A stretch of DNA of 64,000 nucleotides from Candidatus Woesearchaeota archaeon (GTDB taxonomy: Archaea; Nanobdellota; Nanobdellia; SCGC-AAA011-G17; GW2011-AR20): positions 2,235 to 66,234 of the forward strand of contig JAGVZQ010000001.1 of assembly GCA_018302465.1 (NCBI GenBank), read 5' to 3'. Of this stretch, positions 29,877 through 38,140 are shown piece by piece. Under the pieces are notes generated by a model that saw nothing but the letters and a program-made list of their open reading frames with translations, was not told the origin of the DNA and made no database searches. A program made the position numbers and the translations under genes. The stretch's first letter is position 1, and every line of letters starts with the position of its first letter.

Positions 29877-29934
29877 GGGGTATCTTTATTTTCTTTTTAG
29901 CATCCTTTAAAAGCTTTTTTTAATTGATTTTATT

Positions 29935-31080
29935 ATGAAAATTGCCCACATCAACATGTTTTATTCTCCCACATTTGGTGGTGTAGAGCAGGTAATGCAG
30001 GAATTAGCAGAAAGGCAAGTAAGAGATGGGCATGAGGTTCATGTTTTTTGTTGCGATTCTGATAAATATAATCAAATTAAAATAAAAGAAGAAGTGATTA
30101 ATGGAGTTAAGGTTCATAGATGTCCTTATTGGTTTAGACTTTCTTTATCTACGCATATATGGCCTTCATTATTATGGAAATTGCCTAAGTATGATTTTGA
30201 TATTTTACACAGCCATGTGTCTGGTCATTTGTATGTTTTGATTACTGGTTTAGTTTCTAAATTTAAGAAATCTAAGCATGTACATACAACACATTGTCCT
30301 TGGACAGATGCTTTCAGACCTAAGATATTGAAACCTTTTCTATTTGTAAATGATTTAGTTTTAAATAAATGGGCTTTTAGCATGATTGATAAAGTTGTTT
30401 CTATAACGCCATGGGAAGTTGAGACATTTTTATCTAAATATGTTGATAAGGATAAAATAGAGATAATACCTAATGGAATGGATCCAATACTGTATAAGAG
30501 AGTTATTCCAAATAATTTTAAAAAAAATTTAAAGATTAATGGAAAATTGGTTTTGTTTTTTGGAAGATTGAATCCTACAAAAGGACCTGAGGTATTAGCA
30601 AAAACTGCTTTAGAAATTTTGAAAGAGAGAAAAGATATTTATTTTTTATTTATCGGACCTGATGAGGGAAAGAAAGATGAAGTTATTGAGATAGTTAAGA
30701 ATGAAAAAAATATCCAAGTTTTAGACCCTATAAGAGATAAAAGAAAAATAGCAGAAATGTATCAGGCAGCAGATGTTTATGTTTTACCAAGTTATAGGGA
30801 AGGACTGCCTTTGACTTTATTTGAAGCTTATGCTTCTGGATTGCCTGTTGTTGCTTCCCCAGTAAATGGAATATCTTATGAATTGAAAGAAGGAGAGAAT
30901 GGTTTTTTAGTTAATTATGGTGATGTTAATAATTTAAAGAGAAAAATATTAGAAGTTTTGGATAATGAAAAATTAGCTAAGAAGTTTTCTGAGAATAATA
31001 AGAAGAAAGCTAAGAATTATTCGTGGGATATTATTGAGAAGAGATATATGGTGGTATATATAAAATCGAAAACTTTTTAA
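29935..31080 (+). CDS. Glycosyltransferase family 4
   Basis: VYVLPSYREGLPLTLFEAYASGLPVVASPVNG. Confidence 0.8.
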   Translation: MKIAHINMFYSPTFGGVEQVMQELAERQVRDGHEVHVFCCDSDKYNQIKIKEEVINGVKVHRCPYWFRLSLSTHIWPSLLWKLPKYDFDILHSHVSGHLYVLITGLVSKFKKSKHVHTTHCPWTDAFRPKILKPFLFVNDLVLNKWAFSMIDKVVSITPWEVETFLSKYVDKDKIEIIPNGMDPILYKRVIPNNFKKNLKINGKLVLFFGRLNPTKGPEVLAKTALEILKERKDIYFLFIGPDEGKKDEVIEIVKNEKNIQVLDPIRDKRKIAEMYQAADVYVLPSYREGLPLTLFEAYASGLPVVASPVNGISYELKEGENGFLVNYGDVNNLKRKILEVLDNEKLAKKFSENNKKKAKNYSWDIIEKRYMVVYIKSKTF

Positions 31081-31102
31081 TCATTTCTTAACTATTGGTA
31101 TT

Positions 31103-31414
31103 ATGAATTCAGCTGAAGAAATAGAGGGGGTATATTCTGCGAAGGTGAGAAGGATTGATAGAACAACCTTAGCCCTCTTAGTGGGCGGATTTTTCATAAG
31201 TGTAGCTTCAGTTGTAGCTGGAGCGAGCCTTAAGTCTGAACAAGACAAAAGATTGAATAGCTATTGTGAACTTGCATTCTTGATTGGGACAGGTATGATG
31301 GTCTCAAGCACGGTTTTTTATGCGATTTATCGTACAGAAGCCCATGCTGATAGACTGGAAAGCTTAGCTGAGGTTAGAACCTACCCAAAAATCGTAGGAT
31401 CTCCTGACCAATAA
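31103..31414 (+). CDS. Small two-TM membrane protein (hypothetical)
   Basis: Two hydrophobic helices. Converges on and overlaps the 3' end of queC by 34 nt. Composition is atypical. Confidence 0.3.
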   Translation: MNSAEEIEGVYSAKVRRIDRTTLALLVGGFFISVASVVAGASLKSEQDKRLNSYCELAFLIGTGMMVSSTVFYAIYRTEAHADRLESLAEVRTYPKIVGSPDQ

Positions 31415-32064
31415 AACGCTTTTTTTCTTAGCATGCAATTTAAGCATTTCCCGCAAGGGCCATTTTCTATATAACAAGAATAAGTTAATTCAAATGGAAC
31501 GTTTAATTCTTTTCCTAAACTTGTTATTTCTGCTTTGTCTTTGTCTATTAATGGTGCTATAATTTTAAAATCACCTTTGTCTGTTGCATGCTTTTGCAGA
31601 TTATTGGTTGATTCTATGAACTCTTTAGTTGTATCTTTCATGTGCACTCTGCCTTCATTAATTAATCCAATAAAAATATCGTATTTTTCTTTTGTTTTAA
31701 TGAATTCAGATTCTGCATATGCTAAAGCGTTAATTAAAAAAACAGAATTTCTACAAGGAACCCACCAAGGAGATAAATCTTTTTTTTCATCTTCCAAATC
31801 TTTTTCTGTTGTTTCTGGTATATTTTTATTTTTATTTAATACTGCTGTACTTATTTCTCCAAGCCATTCTAAGTTTATTTTTTTAAATTCTGCATTTAAT
31901 TCTTTGGCTATTTTTTTTACTGCTGTTTCTTCTTCTTTTACTGCTCTTTGATTGTAATCAAAAAATAGGAATTTTAATTTGTTATAGTTTAGTCTGTTTT
32001 TTACATAATATGCTGTTACTGTGCTGTCTAGACCTCCACTTATGACAATTAGAGCGTTTTTCAT
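31381..32064 (-). CDS. queC: 7-cyano-7-deazaguanine synthase QueC (PP-loop ATPase)
   Basis: ALIVISGGLDSTV (PP-loop SGGxDS) and C-terminal Zn ligands CGKCLNC. Length is 227 aa. Confidence 0.85.
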   Translation of the reverse strand: MKNALIVISGGLDSTVTAYYVKNRLNYNKLKFLFFDYNQRAVKEEETAVKKIAKELNAEFKKINLEWLGEISTAVLNKNKNIPETTEKDLEDEKKDLSPWWVPCRNSVFLINALAYAESEFIKTKEKYDIFIGLINEGRVHMKDTTKEFIESTNNLQKHATDKGDFKIIAPLIDKDKAEITSLGKELNVPFELTYSCYIENGPCGKCLNCMLRKKAFYWSGDPTIFG

Positions 32065-32114
32065 ATATCTTTTTTGATAAAAATCTTTATAAAACCAGTT
32101 TATAGAATAGTATT

Positions 32115-32306
32115 ATGACATTGGCCAAGGATTTGAAGAAAGGAGATAAAATTAGGTTTGATAATCAAAATCTTATTGTTGAAAAAGTTGAGGTTTCTAA
32201 GATAGCCAAGCATGGGAAGGCTAAGTGTAGGATAGAGGCCTTAGATGAGAATAATGAGAAAAAGGTCTTTATTGTGCTTTCTGAAGATGAAATTTCTTCA
32301 GCATAG
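32115..32306 (+). CDS. eIF5A N-terminal-domain-like miniprotein (63 aa, KOW/SH3-like)
   Basis: LKKGDKIRFDNQNLIVEKVEVSKIAKHGKAKCRIEALDE parallels the eIF5A N-domain, including a KHGxAK loop. The C-terminal OB domain is absent. Confidence 0.35.
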   Translation: MTLAKDLKKGDKIRFDNQNLIVEKVEVSKIAKHGKAKCRIEALDENNEKKVFIVLSEDEISSA

Positions 32307-32338
32307 GCTTAATAAAATTTTCTTTTTTAATAGACTGT

Positions 32339-33268
32339 ATGATCCATATTATAATTGCTGCTTGTGGGGAGGTTAATTCTACTGAGAGAGCTATAAATGC
32401 ATTTTTGAAGCAGAATATCAAGGAAGAGTTTGAAATAATAGTTTCAGACCCATTTACAGAGACAAAATGGATGATTGAAGAGAAATTCCCGGATAATAAA
32501 AGAATAAGGTATTTTGAAGATCCTGGAAAGGGAAAGAGTAATGCTTTGAATTTAATTTTTAAAGAGATATGGTCTAATGATAAAGATAATATAATAATTT
32601 CAACTGATGCTGATGTTTATGTTTCTGAGAACTCTGTAAATGCTATTTTAAGTGAATTCAAAAAAGCACATATTGGTTGTGTTTCTGGAAGGCCTGTTTC
32701 TACAAATTACAGGAATAATATGTATGGATATTGGAGCCATTTTTTGTGTGATGTTGGGGCCCATGAGATTTCAAGGAAAAGGAGATATCATAAAGGACAG
32801 TTTTTAGAAACATCTGGTTACTTGTTTGCTTTTAGAAATGGAATAATTAAAGAGATTCCAACAGATGTTGCAGAGGATACAATAATTCCTTATAGGATAT
32901 ATAACCAAGGGTATATGATTGGCTATGCAGAAGATGCTAAAGTTTATGTTAAATGGCCCACTAATATGAAAGACTGGATGAAGCAGAAGAAGAGAGCTGC
33001 TGATGCACATACAAAATTAACAAAGTATGTTAAAGATTTTCCAAAAGTTAAATCCTTTATTGGAGAAATACTTGGAGGGTTAATAGGATTTGGAAGAATA
33101 TTTTCTTATCCTAAAAATTTTAAAGAGTTTTTATGGACTTTAAATTTGTTTCCTACAAGATTAATTATGTGGCTGTCTTTGTATTATGATTTACATTTTA
33201 AGAAAAGGGAATATAGTGATGGATGGAGAGAAAATTTAGAAGTTGAGTCTACTAGGACTTTGGATTAA
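32339..33268 (+). CDS. GT2 glycosyltransferase
   Basis: IIIAACGEVNSTERAINAF..., IISTDADVYV (DxD), GT-A fold pattern. Confidence 0.7.
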   Translation: MIHIIIAACGEVNSTERAINAFLKQNIKEEFEIIVSDPFTETKWMIEEKFPDNKRIRYFEDPGKGKSNALNLIFKEIWSNDKDNIIISTDADVYVSENSVNAILSEFKKAHIGCVSGRPVSTNYRNNMYGYWSHFLCDVGAHEISRKRRYHKGQFLETSGYLFAFRNGIIKEIPTDVAEDTIIPYRIYNQGYMIGYAEDAKVYVKWPTNMKDWMKQKKRAADAHTKLTKYVKDFPKVKSFIGEILGGLIGFGRIFSYPKNFKEFLWTLNLFPTRLIMWLSLYYDLHFKKREYSDGWRENLEVESTRTLD

Positions 33269-33675
33269 AATTCCCCATTTTTCAATTCTTTTTTTAGCTC
33301 TTTTAAGTTTTCAATTAATTTAACAGAAGGGTTAAAACACATGACGCAGATTCTGAATTTTTTAGTTAAAGTTTCTTTGTCTTCTACTATCCCAATTACT
33401 TTTTTATTTCTGGCATGAGCATAGCCTAGCTCCCAGGCAGTTCCAGAGCTTATTCCCTGCCAGTCTAATAAAGCAACCATGATATCACACCAATCAACCA
33501 TATCCCTGTCTTTTTTGAAGATTGGTAAAGGATCAATGCCTTCTTCATAAATACCAGCATCTCTATGTGGAAGGAAAGTTTCATGACCTAAATCTCTACA
33601 GAGTTTATCTATTTTTTCTACTTTCTTTCTGTCTTCCTTATCCCATAATTTGCCAGCTACATAGACTTTTGCCAT
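33265..33675 (-). CDS. Nucleoside 2-deoxyribosyltransferase-like family protein
   Basis: KVYVAG ... GTAWELGYAHA matches the PF05014 Rossmann-like signature. Confidence 0.6.
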   Translation of the reverse strand: MAKVYVAGKLWDKEDRKKVEKIDKLCRDLGHETFLPHRDAGIYEEGIDPLPIFKKDRDMVDWCDIMVALLDWQGISSGTAWELGYAHARNKKVIGIVEDKETLTKKFRICVMCFNPSVKLIENLKELKKELKNGEF

Positions 33676-33726
33676 GGTTTAAAGAGAATAACTAATTTTA
33701 AAAGTATTATTGTTTAAGGTAAAAGT

Positions 33727-34827
33727 ATGAAACATCAGTGGAACAGGGATTGTAAGGAGTTTAATGGAATATACTCATGTGAGGTAATGACTGCTGAAGA
33801 CTACAAGGATTGCTCTGAATGCAGCTTTTACGAGAAAATTGGAAAGAAAATATTGATTTTAAAGCTTGGAGCTATGGGTGATGTAGTCAGGACTACTTCA
33901 TTATTAACTGTCCTAAAGAAGAAATATGGAAGAGATTCACATATAACCTGGGTTGTTGAAGAAAACAGCAAGGAAATTTTATATAACAATTCAGATGTTG
34001 ATAGAATTCTTGGTTATAATCCTGAGACTGCTTTGCTGTTAAATCAAGAAAAATTTGATGTTTTATTAAGTTTGGAAATTTCCCCACCAATTACTTTAGT
34101 TGCTAATATGATAAAAGCTGAGGAAAAATATGGTTATTATTTCAATGAAGATGGGCATCCTTCTGCATTTAATGATTCTGCTGTTGAATATTTAGAAACT
34201 GCATTTTCAAATAAGCTGAATAAGGAATGCAGGAAAACATACCAAAAGATGATGTTTGATATTTCTAAATTAGAGTATAATAAAGAAGATTATATATTAA
34301 ACTTAGAAGGCTGGGAAAACGGCTATGGAAAGAAAATTGTTACTAATAGAACTAAGAAAGTTATCGGGATAAATGTTGGAAGCGCTGGAAGATGGCCTTC
34401 AAAGGCATGGCACCCTTCTAAAATAATTGAGTTGATCAAGAAATTAAATAATTACAATGTTATTCTACTTGGCGGGAAGAGAGAAACTGAACTGATAAAA
34501 GAAATAGAGGAAGGATTAGGAAACGTAAAAGTAATGAAGAACGATGTTAATAATTCTGTAAGAGAGTTTATTGGTGTTTTGAATAATTGTGATGTGGTTA
34601 TTACCGGAGATAGTTTAGCTTTGCATTTAGCCCTTGGACTAAAGAAGAATACTATTGGATTATTTTTTTGTACTCCCCCATGGCAGGTTGAAGATTACAA
34701 GTATTTAAAGAAGATAAATTCTCCTTTATTAGAAAATTATTTTATGGATGACAGATATATTGAAGAATTAGTTAAATCTATAGACTCAGAATGTGTGTTA
34801 GAAGCTGTAAAACAGCTTTCTGGTTAA
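33727..34827 (+). CDS. Glycosyltransferase family 9 (heptosyltransferase-like) with N-terminal Cys-cluster extension
   Basis: KKILILKLGAMGDVVRTTSLLTVLKKKYGRDSHITWVV and ITGDSLALHLALGLKKNTIGLFF (GT9 blocks). An N-terminal C-x10-C ... CSEC prefix precedes them. Confidence 0.7.
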   Translation: MKHQWNRDCKEFNGIYSCEVMTAEDYKDCSECSFYEKIGKKILILKLGAMGDVVRTTSLLTVLKKKYGRDSHITWVVEENSKEILYNNSDVDRILGYNPETALLLNQEKFDVLLSLEISPPITLVANMIKAEEKYGYYFNEDGHPSAFNDSAVEYLETAFSNKLNKECRKTYQKMMFDISKLEYNKEDYILNLEGWENGYGKKIVTNRTKKVIGINVGSAGRWPSKAWHPSKIIELIKKLNNYNVILLGGKRETELIKEIEEGLGNVKVMKNDVNNSVREFIGVLNNCDVVITGDSLALHLALGLKKNTIGLFFCTPPWQVEDYKYLKKINSPLLENYFMDDRYIEELVKSIDSECVLEAVKQLSG

Positions 34828-34858
34828 TTTTAAATAGATTTCCTATAGAGATATCTTT

Positions 34859-36178
34859 ATGAACTTCTCAGAGGTGTTGGAAGGGTTTACGGGAAAGAAG
34901 ATTTTGGTAGTTGGAGACTTAATGTTAGATAAGCATATTCATGGAAATGTTTCCAGAATATCTCCAGAAGCTCCTGTTCCTGTTTTAAAAGCTGAAAAAG
35001 AGACTTTTAATCCTGGCGGGGCTGCTAATGTAGCAAGCAATTTAGTGACATTGGGAGCTAAAGTGTACTTGTCTGGAGTAGTTGGAGATGATGATGCCCA
35101 GAAAATTTTGTTTAATGAATTTAGAAAACTAAACATTGACACCAGCTGTATAATAAAAACTTCAAAACCAACCATACAAAAAGTTAGGGGGATATCAAAA
35201 CAGCATATATTCAGGATTGACTATGAAGATTCTTCTAAAATTAATGAAAATGAAGAAAATCAGTTAATTAACTTAATAAAAGAAAAGATTTCAGATGTTG
35301 ATGCTGTGATATTAAGTGATTATGCTAAAGGTACATTGACTGAGAATCTTGTAAAAAACATAATTTCTTTGGCTAAAGAAAATAATAAATTAGTAACTGC
35401 AGACTGCAAACCGATAAATATTGAATTCTATAAAAATGTTAGTTTATTGAAACCAAATAAAAAAGAAGCAATAGAGATGACATTAAAAGATAATGTTGAG
35501 GAGGCAGGAAGGAAATTACTTGAAATGACTCAATCGAATATATTGATAACTAGAGGTGGTGAGGGAATGAGTTTGTTTTTTGACAATGAAATAGTTAATA
35601 TCCCTTCTAAAGCAAAGCAAGTATATGATGTTTCTGGCGCTGGGGATACGGTATTGGCTACATTAACTTTGGCGTTGGTAGCTGGTGCAAGCTTAAAAGA
35701 TGCGTCTGAATTAGCAAATAAAGCAGCTGCAATAGTAATTGAAAAACCAGGTGTTGTTCCAATTCATTTAGAGGATTTAAAGAAAGAGCATTCAAGCAAT
35801 ATTAAGGTTGTTGAAAAGGCATGGGGGGAAGAGGAATGGCTGGTTAATACTGAGAAATACTGTGGAAAAAGAATGCTTATAAGAAAAAATTATTATTGCT
35901 CTTATCATAAACATAAAATTAAAGAAGAAACATTTTATGTACTTAATGGAGAATTAGAAATTATAAAAGGAAAAGTTTACTATGTTGTTAAGAGTGGAGA
36001 AACTTTCCATGTTAAACCAGAGGAATATCACAGTTTTAGAGCTTTAGAAGATACTACATTCTTTGAGTTTTCAACGCATCATTCAGATGAAGATAATTAT
36101 AGGTTAACTCAAAGCGGAAATGGGGAGCATGAGCAATGGAAAAAGGAAATTGAGGGGGCTATTATAAAAAATGGATAA
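34859..36178 (+). CDS. Sugar kinase (RfaE/HldE domain-I-like, pfkB family) fused to a C-terminal cupin domain
   Basis: N-terminal [32 protein letters not shown] is the HldE kinase-domain start, and [10 protein letters not shown] is the pfkB anion-hole/ATP motif. The C-terminal ~110 aa has cupin motifs ([18 protein letters not shown]; [14 protein letters not shown]). Confidence 0.75.
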   Translation: MNFSEVLEGFTGKKILVVGDLMLDKHIHGNVSRISPEAPVPVLKAEKETFNPGGAANVASNLVTLGAKVYLSGVVGDDDAQKILFNEFRKLNIDTSCIIKTSKPTIQKVRGISKQHIFRIDYEDSSKINENEENQLINLIKEKISDVDAVILSDYAKGTLTENLVKNIISLAKENNKLVTADCKPINIEFYKNVSLLKPNKKEAIEMTLKDNVEEAGRKLLEMTQSNILITRGGEGMSLFFDNEIVNIPSKAKQVYDVSGAGDTVLATLTLALVAGASLKDASELANKAAAIVIEKPGVVPIHLEDLKKEHSSNIKVVEKAWGEEEWLVNTEKYCGKRMLIRKNYYCSYHKHKIKEETFYVLNGELEIIKGKVYYVVKSGETFHVKPEEYHSFRALEDTTFFEFSTHHSDEDNYRLTQSGNGEHEQWKKEIEGAIIKNG

Positions 36179-36185
36179 GAAACAA

Positions 36186-36344
36186 ATGAATAGGGTAGTG
36201 TTTCTTGATAGAGATGGCACAATAAATGTTGATGTCGAATATGTTCATAAGATAGAAGATTTAAGATTTGAAGAAGGAGCACTTGAAGGATTAAGACTAT
36301 TACAAAATCTTCATGGATATAAACTCATTATAATACGAGCATAG
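36186..36344 (+). pseudogene. N-terminal fragment of a GmhB-type D,D-heptose-1,7-bisphosphate phosphatase (HAD-IIIA), truncated after ~52 codons
   Basis: [52 protein letters not shown] matches the GmhB N-terminus (FLDRDGTIN...YVH). It stops where the TNQSG motif should follow, and no remainder lies downstream. Confidence 0.5.
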
Positions 36345-36520
36345 AATCATGCAGATATGCTTCTAAAATATTCTGGAGGCTGAGAAAAAAAGGCATAACA
36401 ATAAGCCGTTTTGATTGCCTTATCGCAGCAGTTTTCATTACGAATGGTGTTACTAGAATCCTTACAAGAAACAAAAAACATTTTGAAAACATAAAAGAAT
36501 TAAGCGTTATAAGCTATTAA
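36323..36520 (+). pseudogene. C-terminal fragment of a PIN-domain (VapC-like) protein, with no start codon
   Basis: Frame +2 reads ...FWRLRKKGITISRFDCLIAAVFITNGVTRILTRNKKHFENIKELSVISY*, which matches the VapC C-terminal consensus D-x-LIAA-x-A...G..L.T.N.K.F. An upstream in-frame stop lies at 36320-36322. Confidence 0.45.
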
Positions 36521-36559
36521 ATACCAAAGACTTTTAAAAATATAACATATAATGTTTCT

Positions 36560-38116
36560 ATGTCTTTTTTAGAAAAAATAGAAAAGTGGCTGGATAATAG
36601 GTATAATTTACTCTTAGTTATTATTTTATTATTTGCTTTGTTTTTAAGATTAAAATATTTTGATATTAACACTTGGTCTTTATGGTGGGATGAAGCTACT
36701 TACTTAGCAACAGGAAGATACTGGGCTTTTGGAGATACTTTATGGGCTGTTGAAGCTGCAAGACCTCCTTTATTCATGTTATTAATTGCATTATTTTATA
36801 AATTCGGGTTTAATGAATTATGGATTAGATTTTTTACTGTAGTTGTGCCTTCATTATTTATTGTATTTTTAACTTATTTACTTGGAAAAGAGTTGTATAA
36901 TGAAAAAGTTGGGCTAATTGCAGCATTATTAGCAAGTGTTTCATGGATGTTTTTATTTAATATAGCAAGAGTTCATTCTGATTTATTGGCTGTAGCTTTA
37001 GGTTTGGCTGCAATTTATTTCTTCTGGAAAGGTTATGTTATACCGGAAAAGAAAAATACTTTTTACCTGATCTTAACTGGAGCATTTCTAAGCTTGGGTT
37101 ATCTAACAAGGTTGTCTAACCTTCTAGTTATTGGAATTATTGGTTTTTATTTAATAATAACTGAGCAGCATAAATTTTTGAAAAGAAAAGAATTATGGTA
37201 TGCGGTTTTATTTTTGGTTTTAGTTTCAATTCCTTATATGATCTGGGGGCATTTTCATTATGGCAGTTATATTCCTTGGTTAGGACAGTATGGGGCTGGA
37301 GCTGAAGATGCTGCTGCACAACCATTGGCTTGGGATGTATTTTCTGTGGTTAAAATATATTTAGTTCCTTCAATGTGGTCATGGTTAGGGAAGTTAGCGT
37401 CTATAAAGCAGGATTTTATATTATATATATTGTTCTTTGTTGGATTATTAATTACTTTAAAATTTGTTTTAGGTATAGACTTAGTTTTCAAAAATAAAAA
37501 TAAAGAAATGAATGCTGATTTAATGACCTTTCTTATGATTCTTATTACCATTATGTTTTTTGTGGTTGTGCAAAGACAGATAGGAGATCCAAGATGGCAG
37601 ATGTTTGCTGCACCTGCTTTGTTCATTGTAATTGGAAGAGGCATTATGTGGGGGTATGATTATTTCAAGAAGTATTCAAAGAATGGAGCTATTGCAGTAA
37701 TAACTGTTCTTTTATTAATTGGAATATTTTCACAAATTACTCAGGCAGATTCTTTATTAAATCAGAGAAAGAATGATCAAGCAGGGATTAAGAGCGCTGC
37801 AGAATTTATTAAGCAGAATAGTGAAGTAGGGGAATGGGTACTGAGTAATAATATTCATGCTGAGATGACTTATTGGGCGGATAGACCAACGAGAGGATTT
37901 GGAAAAGATGAAGAAGATACATTAAAAGTAATAGAAGAGTTAAAACCTAAGTTTTTAGTCATTACCAGTTATTTTAATTCTCTGGACTGGACTTATGAAC
38001 TTCCATCAAGACATATGGATTTGTTTACACCGGTTGCTGCATTTGATATTTATGGAAAACCGTTAGTTAGCACTGAACAAAATCCTACAATTGTTGTGTA
38101 TAAGGTTAATATTTAA
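36560..38116 (+). CDS. GT-C fold glycosyltransferase (PMT_2 / ArnT-like, GT39/GT83-like), paralog A
   Basis: 12-13 TM helices. The first loop WWDEATYLATGRYWAFGD carries the family DE motif. A C-terminal soluble domain follows. Confidence 0.7.
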   Translation: MSFLEKIEKWLDNRYNLLLVIILLFALFLRLKYFDINTWSLWWDEATYLATGRYWAFGDTLWAVEAARPPLFMLLIALFYKFGFNELWIRFFTVVVPSLFIVFLTYLLGKELYNEKVGLIAALLASVSWMFLFNIARVHSDLLAVALGLAAIYFFWKGYVIPEKKNTFYLILTGAFLSLGYLTRLSNLLVIGIIGFYLIITEQHKFLKRKELWYAVLFLVLVSIPYMIWGHFHYGSYIPWLGQYGAGAEDAAAQPLAWDVFSVVKIYLVPSMWSWLGKLASIKQDFILYILFFVGLLITLKFVLGIDLVFKNKNKEMNADLMTFLMILITIMFFVVVQRQIGDPRWQMFAAPALFIVIGRGIMWGYDYFKKYSKNGAIAVITVLLLIGIFSQITQADSLLNQRKNDQAGIKSAAEFIKQNSEVGEWVLSNNIHAEMTYWADRPTRGFGKDEEDTLKVIEELKPKFLVITSYFNSLDWTYELPSRHMDLFTPVAAFDIYGKPLVSTEQNPTIVVYKVNI

Positions 38117-38140
38117 GTATTTATTGCATTTATTTGAATT

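Noticed and set aside
36341-36520. Initial reading of the VapC fragment as a complete 54-aa ORF starting at an ATG (DML...)
   Set aside because: On exact re-framing the ATG is out of frame with the PIN-like peptide. The homologous frame has an upstream stop at 36320-36322 and no start, so it is a fragment and not a gene.
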